The notes below the pieces were generated by a model, which saw only the letters and a program-made list of their open reading frames with translations, was not told where the DNA came from and did not search any database. From positions 41,292,001-41,356,000 of the forward strand of contig NC_067401.1 in NCBI RefSeq assembly GCF_016432865.1: 64,000 nucleotides of DNA, written 5' to 3'. Made by a program: the position numbers and the translations under genes. This DNA is from Antechinus flavipes. Taxonomy: Eukaryota. This document shows, piece by piece, positions 56,601 to 64,000 of this stretch. The stretch's first letter is position 1; the number at the start of each line of letters is the position of its first letter.

Positions 56601-58351
56601 CCTTCTTAGCTCTTTGGCATAATTTGCTGATTTCTTGCTATAGATGGTTGTATTTCATGAGTTCCTGTAAATAAATATATTCTCTACAGTTGTTAAAAAT
56701 GGGTCTCATGTTTTAAGATACTTGAGTTTTGAGGATGAAGTTGCACTAAAACTTTTTGGGATATTCTGGATAAAGCTTTTTTTCCAGAGAGACATGAAAA
56801 TTCACCAAACATTTTTACCAGAGAAGTACAGGTATATTGGGCCTATGCAGCACTGGAGTTTAAATTTGAAAAAGACATTTTCCTGTGGCCATGTAGTTCT
56901 TCTATATGTATCTTTTTATTTAGTATTAAAACGTGATGCTTCATTGATTCAAATTTGCCTTGTGAATCCAGTGTTGGACTTTGTTCTCCCAATGAGAGGT
57001 CTGGTGTAGTTTTAGGTGGAAATGTAGAAGGATAGATTTCTATGTTCTAAGTAATTCCTTAACAAGTAAACCATGTTCTTTTCTTAGATCTGGTGAAAGT
57101 CGTTTGTGTTCCTTATGTTATTTCTCCTCAAAGGAAGGGCTATTTAAAGTACATGATACAAGACCCACCTTTTTGCAGTGGTTTAATTTGCTTCCTGAGG
57201 GAAGGAAAAGCTAGGTAATCACTTCTTGAAGGGGGGACTGAGACTGTGATAAGAATTATGCAAGCAGAAGTAGGGCCTCTAATTTTTCTCTTTCTCCTTT
57301 GTGGGACTATAACTTAAAAGAAATCCCTATAGGAGGTGGTTTGTGGGGGAATGTTAATAGCAAGGAGTGGGTGACCGTTGTAGAAAAAAGTATATATATA
57401 TTTTTTAAGGAGAAGTAAATTCCATATTGATGAAGCTGACTTGGCATTGGCTCTGACTTCTAATTCAGTGAATAAGATATTTTTGTTATTGTATCAAAGG
57501 AAGTCCCAGCAATTGCCCATCAGTTTTGTGTGTAGCCTAACCTTCCTTCACTGAGCTGAGGAGATGATGAAATTTGGTGCAGAAATGCTCAGAGTGAAAA
57601 CTGCAGGTTGGGTATTTGGCAGGAGAGAAAGTACAGCTTATCAGGTTATTTTGTGACTGCCAGAGGGACATGTAGCATGAAGTAAAAGTCATCTCAAGGA
57701 CCTCCTTTTTCCAGCCACTGATTTCCTGCCAGCAAGGGAAATAAAGATATTGGGCAGTTTCCTTTGTAGCACACAGTGTGCCCCTTCTGATCTTGTGCTG
57801 AAGTTTTCCTTCGTGCATCCATGTCCTTTTGCTTTAGCAGGTTGTGTCTCAGAATAGGGTAAACTATTCTGAGTCAAAATCTTGGTTCTTTCTGTCCTAG
57901 AGCTTGTGTTTTTTTTTTTTTTTTTGAACTTTTTTTTAAAGTGATACATTGTTGAAAATATGACAAATACTTTTTTTTTCCTTTTGTGTAGAAGAAATTG
58001 TTTTGCTTGCCAATGGATCTCTCGCTGCCTCCTTCTTTTCCCCTCCCCCATTCATCCTTTGGCTTCACTTTGATCTCTCTGTTTGTTTTACTGACATTAA
58101 TTTGTTTGATTTGTTTTCTTTGACAGAATAACCCACATTCCAGCTCCTTGTAATTTTGCAGTTGCCATGTGGTGAATTTTTTTTTTTTTCTTTATCAGGC
58201 TTTTGCTGTCATGTGTCTCCATCTATATTTAGCTTCTTGGAGAGGAACTTATTTCTGGGGATGGGATCACTACTCACTCTTGTTTCCCCTTAGTTTTTTA
58301 GATAGTGGTGGCAGCGGGATAGATGACAGCACTTCAACACAGTTTGCAGAG
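28763..58351 (+). CDS. RNF115: E3 ubiquitin ligase RNF115 (BCA2/Rabring7), partial: coding exons 1-3; the rest lies beyond the window
   Basis: join(28763-28864,54191-54249,58294-58351) = 219 nt: [73 protein letters not shown], including the N-terminal C2C2 zinc finger. No further exon was recognised up to 64000. Confidence 0.95.
33135..33303. mobile_element. Short hAT-Charlie MITE
   Basis: Perfect 11-bp inverted repeat CTTCTTAAACT (33139-33149) / AGTTTAAGAAG (33289-33299). Confidence 0.75.
34060..34510 (-). mobile_element. Old L1 ORF2 3' fragment
   Basis: Degenerate reverse-strand similarity to the L1 ORF2 C-terminal region (compare 49990-50410). Confidence 0.55.
38640..38830 (-). mobile_element. 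Mar1-like CORE-SINE
   Basis: RTE-type tail gagtggtttgccatttcttcc plus core actgaggcagacagagtgaagtgactt. Confidence 0.7.
39243..39271. repeat. (TTG)n microsatellite
   Basis: Directly visible. Confidence 0.93.
41865..42962 (+). mobile_element. Long LTR-like element with internal duplication
   Basis: Ends ...AGTAAAATTTCA; TATATAA at 42782; shares blocks with 45820-46500 and 51930-52620. The 5' boundary is uncertain. Confidence 0.6.
43063..43442 (+). mobile_element. Solo ERV LTR, 380 bp, inserted into an L2 fragment
   Basis: TG...CA ends; terminal inverted repeat TGTTATGCC/GGCATTACA (8 of 9); 4-bp TSD CTAG (43059-43062 and 43443-43446); TATAAAA at 43300; AATAAA at 43381. Confidence 0.88.
44221..45400 (+). 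mobile_element. L1/HAL1-like remnant (ORF1 C-terminus, then ORF2 3' end and tail)
   Basis: About 44225-44400 resembles the L1 ORF1 end (...YPAKLNII...DFQAFLMKRP); about 44930-45130 resembles the ORF2 C-terminus seen at 49990-50290. Confidence 0.55.
45252..45286. repeat. (AC)17 microsatellite
   Basis: Directly visible. Confidence 0.95.
45820..46500 (+). mobile_element. LTR-like element related to 41865-42962
   Basis: Shared block ggcaccaaa...gttcagtc...tgaagaattcaca.tggcca...ctctttg.caaaaggtag.tttattt. Confidence 0.6.
48900..49330 (-). mobile_element. Older L1 ORF2 3' fragment
   Basis: Degenerate parallel of 50100-50400 (gatgggca...gctgctataaata...ggtcaaagggtatg). Confidence 0.65.
49410..49560 (-). 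mobile_element. WSINE1-like SINE
   Basis: ttaagtgacttgcccaggatcacac...tttgaattcaggtcctcctgacttcagggctggtgctctatccattgcgccacttagctgcccc. Confidence 0.88.
49990..50410 (-). mobile_element. Relatively young marsupial L1 ORF2 C-terminal fragment
   Basis: ORF 49853-50293 translates to WKTIWNYAQKIIKLCIPFDPAVLLLGLYPKE...CPSAGEWLNKLWYMNIIEYY, a typical L1 ORF2 C-terminus. Confidence 0.92.
50655..50848 (-). mobile_element. Mar1-like CORE-SINE
   Basis: ggagtggtttgccatttccttc tail, acagatgaggaaact core, atccactgtggcacctagctg head. Confidence 0.8.
50871..51340 (-). mobile_element. Marsupial interspersed repeat (probably an RTE-associated SINE), reverse copy
   Basis: Diverged reverse complement of 52625-53085; family assignment is from memory. 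Confidence 0.65.
51432..51761. mobile_element. Complete hAT-Charlie MITE with 8-bp TSD
   Basis: TIRs ccgggctcttaaact / agtttaaaaagatttg; flanks ACATAGTA and ACATAGTC (7 of 8, central TA). Confidence 0.8.
51930..52620 (+). mobile_element. LTR-like element related to 41865-42962, inside a split L2
   Basis: Tandem accaaatgat units at the 5' end and shared downstream blocks; L2-like sequence stops at about 51928 and resumes at about 53085. Confidence 0.6.
52625..53085 (+). mobile_element. Marsupial interspersed repeat (probably an RTE-associated SINE), forward copy
   Basis: ggaccatgacat...gctgtgcaaagtca...ccatctgggtccagtgg; a short fragment of the same family lies at 47641-47705. Confidence 0.65.
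54191..54249 (+). CDS. RNF115: RNF115 exon 2
   Basis: [19 protein letters not shown]. Confidence 0.96.
54385..54620 (+). mobile_element. CORE-SINE (MIR-like) with L2-type tail
   Basis: gggcaagtcac...gcctcagtttcttcacttgtgaaatggg...acagtgcctggcatata. Confidence 0.75.
58294..58351 (+). CDS. RNF115: RNF115 exon 3
   Basis: [19 protein letters not shown]; donor GTAAGT. Confidence 0.92.
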
Positions 58352-59082
58352 GTAAGTTTTACTTTGACCATGGAGGGGGAGGGGTTCTTTGAGCAGCTTG
58401 TTGGGATCAAAAGTTGAGCCAAAATTCAGTTCAGAATGGAGCACACAGTGGTGTGTGCATGAAAAATAGAGGCAGGATGTGGCCTGTTTGAGAGCCAAGT
58501 TTGGCTTTTGGTGGCTGGATCTTTAGTTGTGTGAGTTTAGTAAGAACGCCATTTCAGAGAAAATATCTTAGCTCTGACACATACTGTCAGAGTCCAATCA
58601 GAGTTCAAGTGTTGATTTTCTTACTGTCTTCTGCTTTTTTTTCTGTGTCATATAGGGTGTGTCAGAAGTTTAGTGTAGTTTTAACTTCACTAGCTTAAAG
58701 CCCTGCTAAAACTTTGGGGATGCATGATGTAGTATGAGAATAATGAGGTTGAACTGGGCTTTTGAATTGGCAGTGTCAAAGCCTTGCCATGACAGTATAA
58801 TTCAAGATGAGCTGGTATTTCCAGGACTACATTTTGGCCCTTGTCATCAGAAAATAAGTTGCCTGTTCTGTGGAGGGGTGCTGGGTTTTAGCCCCCAGAT
58901 CATACATTAATTGGGAGAGTTGAAATTTGGATGGGAGATAAGGATGGAGTATTTTGACATTGTTCAGGTCTCCAAAAGATTTTTCATATGCTTCATTATA
59001 CATGCCTATTACCAAAAAGGAACTTGATTGTAATTTGAAAATAAATGATCACTTTATATGTTTATGATGATAAAATGTTATT

Positions 59083-59117
<35 letters not shown>
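59083..59117. repeat. (TA)n microsatellite
   Basis: Directly visible, one interruption. Confidence 0.93.
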
Positions 59118-59489
59118 CATTTAAATATTTAAATGTGCAGTAATTCTCCTTGAAACTTAACCCATTGTCCTAAAAGAGATTTCTTTGCATCCCTCTTCCA
59201 GTTTTTTGTTTTTGTTTTTTTTTCTTTTTTAATCTTTTAGTTACCACTTCATAGGTTAACCTAGCTTGGAAATAGGTACTGATTTCTGTTTCACTGTTTA
59301 CTATTTCCTGTATCTATCTCTGATCAGATAATAAAGTTGTGATTACAATAATGAGCTTACAGACTAGAAGTAGGAAAGATGAAAGCTTAATTTAAAATAT
59401 AAAATTCCTCTGTAATAGTATTTCACATGATAACTCCTTGTGGCTGGGTTCCATGTGTTAGGAGGGGATTACAGGAGAATTGAGGGGAC

Positions 59490-59910
59490 TTGAAACCTTT
59501 AAGAGGATCTACTGAACGAACGGAGTATGATATCCTAAAGAAGAAAAAATTCTTTGGGGTAGAGGGCTGACAGAAACATAGGTATAGTTTTCAAATATTT
59601 TGAAAGGTTATCATGTGAAAAAGGGTTTAGGGTTGTTTTGCTTAGCCCCCCAAAACATAGGACAGTTGGATGGTAATTATATGGAATCTGATTTTGGTTC
59701 AACATAAAGAGGAATTTCCGAAAAAATTGTCAAGAAATGGAAGGCATTGACACATGAAAGTGTGTTTTCTGTCATTGGAGGTGCCCAAGAAGAGGCTAAA
59801 TGAATGACCACTGTTGTAGGTGATGATGTAGAAGAACCTCATGCTTCTAGTGGGTGGGTAGAATCTGGGACCTTTGGAGGCTCTTCCAACTCTTAAGGTT
59901 AAATGATTCT
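59490..59910 (+). mobile_element. CR1/L3 LINE 3' fragment
   Basis: gttttcaaatattttgaaaggttatcatg...gacctttggaggctcttccaactct...atgattct, a CR1-like 3' terminus. Confidence 0.65.
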
Positions 59911-61404
59911 ATAAGTACCAGCTCAGTGGCTATCTGAGCCTCCAAGTCGTGAGCAAGTAGAGGAGTAACATTAACAAACTCTTAGTCAGATCCTAAGGCC
60001 TTTACTTATTTAAACATGTCTTTAAATTCATGAAAATGAGTAAATGAAGAACAAAGTCCAAAAAGAACTTGTTTGAATGCTCCCTGTCTGATTGTAAGAA
60101 GGCCTTGTTGACATTTGTCTAATCTAATTTGATCCTTACAACAATCCTGTGAAGCACATACTACAATTATCCCTGTTTAAAAGTGAGGCTGCAGTAAGTT
60201 AGCTGACCTGCTCAGGATCACATACAAACTGATATCTGAGGTAGTATTTGAACTCTTCTTGACGCTGGAGCCTCACACCAGCATTGCATCATGGTGTTCT
60301 GTGATTTCCAATTCCCTTCCAAATGCCCAGTTTGAATGTCATTGAATATCACAGCTTGGCACCAAGTAGGAGCTTAACAAATGCTTATTGACTTTCTGAC
60401 TGAATTCCCATGGTTCAAATATCTAGAAAGATCCTGTCCTTTGTTAAGTATTCTTTTATTCTCTTTTGTTGTCTAGGGAGAGAAAAAGCTGAATTAATGG
60501 ATTTGATGATTCTTTATCTTTCACCTCCATGATATCTATCCCATAGTTAGTTTCAGCCCTGGAAGCCTCTTTAAATTCTTGTCTTCATTAATCACTTGAT
60601 CATACAAGTTATATAGTTAGCTGCTGGTTACACACAAGGCAGAAGAAATTTCATCTTTTTCCTCCCTTAAGATCTGACTCTTCTCTTGGGATAAATAAAA
60701 GAAGATTGGTGTGTCAGGTGAGCAGGAATGATTCAGACAGACCAGGAGATACACACTGAATAAGGAGATGATATCTGTGAGTCAATTTCCTAACTATAGT
60801 GATGCTAGATTCAAGACTGGGGCATGAGCTCCTTCTCTAGTGGGGACATAATTATGCCATTCCTCATACTCTGTAGAGTCTTATGATCTTAAGGCACTGA
60901 TTACATTGTATCAGGACATCTGATTACCCCTGTTCAGTTGTACTCTTTTCCCCTTAATTTTGCCCTTCATTGGGATCCTGTGATTTCTTTGTGATTACCA
61001 TTGCTAAAAAATTTAAATTATCTAGTAAGAATATAAAAGGAATTTCTCCTTCCTCCTACTCCTAACAATTAAGTTTTTATCAGGTGCCTACTCTGTACTT
61101 TGCATCATCATCCCCACCAGAGGATATAAAGGAGAGTCCCTGCTGCTGAGAAGTTTATAAGTGTACTTTAGTGGTAGTGGTTTGGGGATCAGGAGTGGGA
61201 ACAATACATTTAGAGAATTTAAGTATTGATTCTATAATAGACACAAAATTGGGGTGGGGGGCAAATGGCAGTGGGACTTTGTACTTTAGGGAAGATTTCT
61301 TGGAAGAGTCTTTAAAGGAAATTAAGTATTTCAGAAGAAATTTGTATTCTGTTGCTTATATTCATACTTATTTGGAAAAAAAGATTGTATAAAGACCCCA
61401 GATG

Positions 61405-61595
61405 ACAATTGATTTTTAACCTTTGTGTCATGGATATTTTCAGCAATCTGGTGAAACCTATAAACTTCTCAGAATGTTAGTAAATACATAAATCAAAATA
61501 CATAGTATTATAATGGAAACCAGTTATAATGAAATATTTTTGCCAAAATATATTTATTTTGAAAAGCAACAGAGCTTATGGATCCCAGATTAAGG
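61405..61595. mobile_element. hAT-type MITE remnant
   Basis: ttttaacctttgtgtcatgga...atggatcccagattaag. Confidence 0.55.
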
Positions 61596-63771
61596 GAAAG
61601 AGTGGTGTAGGATAAGCCTGCGGCTCACCTTTGGCCTAACCTTGCACTGTCTCCCCCCAACAAGAGGTGGTTGTCATGAAATGAGTATTGTCTATGTAAA
61701 GTCGCAGAATCTAGGCTAGTAATTCACTCCTTCACACACTGAACATAGTACTGTTAAAATCAGCTTGGGATTTTTAAAAGAAGGGAAAAATCATTTTTAT
61801 TTGAAAGGCAATATTTGAGAAGTATATCAGGAATAATGGAGGCTGACCCAGAAATACTGTCACTTTATAGGGATTTGGAAAGACTAGAGAGGCTATCCTG
61901 AGATTTTTGTGTTATGTTCCATTCTGAATAACTGATGAAAGAGAATCGCAGGGAGTGAATCCCATAGCTACATGTAGGCTTTGTCAGTCCCTTAAAAGTG
62001 GCTGACTGTTTATGTGTGCCAGTGATAAATGGAAACCAAGACTCTCAGATTATATCAGTGTATTGTTTCAGAGCCAAAGTGGCTGATAGGATAGATGACT
62101 TCAGGGATGAGAGAAGAGCACACTGGGTTTTAGGGAGCTTTGCGCAGATCTTGGTGTGGTTGGTTCTTGGATATTTTTCTAATTATCTAGGAGATAAAAA
62201 AAAGGTCAGGAGAGAGTAAGAGTTGAAGGATATGTCAGAGACACAACTGCCTCTGAATTTGATCTCTGAATTTAGCAGAGTACATACACTGGATCCTTCA
62301 GGGAAATGATAAAGGTCATAGAAGCTAGAATTGGAAGAGATGTAAGAGGCTGGGTAGCCTAATTGCCATCTAAAACAATACCTAGTTGTGAATCCCTTGC
62401 TTGACATTTTCCAGTGATGAAGGAATTGAGGCTTAAAGAGATGAGTGTCTTGCCCAGGGTGATACTACAGGGCCATTTGAATCCAGGTGCTCTAACATAT
62501 CTGTTAGAAAGTTTTTCCTTACAGAACAAAGCTAATCCCTTCTCCCATACAGTGATTTTCAGGTATTTAAGAATGCCTTCCTTTTCCTTAGCCTTCTCCA
62601 GGTCCTGGTTGAAATCCATCACCATCCTGGTCCTCCCCAACAGGAGGAACTTAGCTTATCACCTCTCCAGCTGTGTGGCATCTCATCATGTTCCCCCAGA
62701 TGTGACTTGGTGAGGTCAGAGGGCATTGTGCTCTCTTTCCTTTGTCCTGGGCACTATGCTGCCATAAAGACAGCCTGAGCTATAAGTGGGGGAGGTTAGC
62801 TCTTTGGCTTGTCACATCACACTGTTGACTCATTGACCTCTGAAGCTGTCAACTGCTCTCCATTCGTATGTCCCCGACCTTATACTTGCTTTTTGAAGGT
62901 ACATTGTAGGATTTGACATTTATTCCAATTCAGTTTCATCCTACTAACATGCAGCCAAATAGTTTCATTAAGTAATCTGAAACTTTGTGTCATCTGTAAA
63001 TTTGTTAGATTTGCTTGTAATCCATGCTTTCATGCAAGTCATTGACAAAAATTAGCCAAATAGAGTCAAATACAAAGTTCTAGTGGTAACATGGCATTTG
63101 GTGAGAAGTTGAAGGGACAAGGGAAGAAATTATATGCCATTTAAAGATCTTAAGAAAAGTACTCCGTTAAGCTTTAAAATGACATTTTTGATATCTTGAG
63201 TAGGAAATGGAGGATGTTAGAATTTTATATCCAGTTCATGATATTTCTCAGGGAAAATCCTGTGACATTTTAAAACTGAGGGAATTCTTGAAATAAACCA
63301 TATTTCCCCTCCTCCCCCCTGTATTTTAAAAACTGTAAATCCATCAGATCTCACATTGTGTTGTGCTGCTATATACAGTTGTGAAATTGCCTCCTTCCAT
63401 GCCAGAGGGAATTCATTTCTTCTTACAGTTAGTGTGGAATGAGACCAGAGTCATGGAGGCATTTACTCTGGGGATATTGCTTCCCCTTGAGGACAGATGT
63501 ATTTGAGTTGGATTCACTGACAGTTCTAGTCAGTGAGAATTAAAAGTTCTAGACTCCTCTTGCAGATCTTGCAGATCTTTGAGATAACCAGAAGTTATCA
63601 TTAAGGGAAAAAAAAAAGAAAATTGGTCCAACTTGCCTGATGTTAACTCAACTGAACTTGAAACACTTGTCTCCCAAATGATTCTGGAGAAGTCCAGGTC
63701 ACATCACAGTGACGGTCTGGGGAATAGGTAATAGTTGGATATGGTCTCCTACTATTGCCTAAAGTTCTTAG

Positions 63772-63915
63772 AAGCAGATGGCTCAGTGGATAGAGTGGTA
63801 AGCCTGCAGTCAGGAAAACCTGAGTTGAAATTTGGCCTCGGACATTTACTAGCTGTGAAACCCTGGACAAGTGACTTCACCTCTTTTTGCCTTAATCCAC
63901 TGGGAAAAGAAATGA
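63772..63915 (+). mobile_element. Marsupial tRNA/CORE SINE
   Basis: gcagatggctcagtggatagag...gagttgaaatttggcctc...ctagctgtgaaaccctggacaagtgactt. Confidence 0.8.
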
Positions 63916-63929
63916 TTTTTTAAAAAAAA

Positions 63930-64000
63930 TTATAGCTTTTTATTTACGAGATATATGCATAATAATTTTTCAGCATTGACCCTTGCAAAACCTTCTGTTC
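63930..64000 (-). mobile_element. L1 3' end, truncated by the window edge
   Basis: tttttattt...atgcataataatttttcagcattgacccttgcaaaaccttc resembles a marsupial L1 3' UTR terminus. Confidence 0.55.

Noticed and set aside
57560-57725. ATGATGA (C-box-like) and CTGA motifs suggesting an intronic C/D snoRNA
   Set aside because: The boxes are about 150 nt apart, with no terminal stem or recognisable rRNA/snRNA antisense element.
1-64000. Prokaryote-type systems (CRISPR arrays, operons, defence islands)
   Set aside because: The window is intron-containing mammalian DNA, and I saw no regularly spaced repeat-spacer array.

Overview
Eukaryotic genomic DNA, very probably from an Australian marsupial (tRNA/CORE-derived SINEs of the WSINE1/Mar1 type and marsupial-style L1 fragments; dasyurid is a guess). 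The gene order matches my recollection of human 1q21.1: [probable ANKRD35 3' end] - PIAS3 (+, 14 coding exons) - NUDT17 (-, 8 exons, 310 aa) - POLR3C (-, 14 coding exons, 535 aa) - RNF115 (+, first 3 coding exons; the gene runs off the window). I traced all 39 coding exons by hand through GT-AG junctions, and 38 are in frame. The exception is PIAS3 exon 2, which lacks one base at about 8172, a -1 frameshift that is either an assembly error or a real loss-of-function allele. Other points of interest: a U12-type minor intron in POLR3C; an out-of-frame uAUG 10 nt upstream of the PIAS3 start; convergent and probably overlapping PIAS3/NUDT17 3' UTRs with a CDE-like hairpin and a Pumilio element; a POLR3C/RNF115 bidirectional promoter with a perfect CLEAR palindrome; two candidate frame-preserving microexons in RNF115 intron 2; and nested transposons in RNF115 intron 1 (solo LTR with TSD, hAT MITE with TSD, a poly(A)-only insertion). 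Most ORF-track entries are chance ORFs in GC-rich or low-complexity DNA. I found no convincing novel multi-gene system; the findings are regulatory, splicing and TE-level hypotheses. Comparisons with human proteins are from memory, not a database search, and repeat boundaries and family names are approximate.
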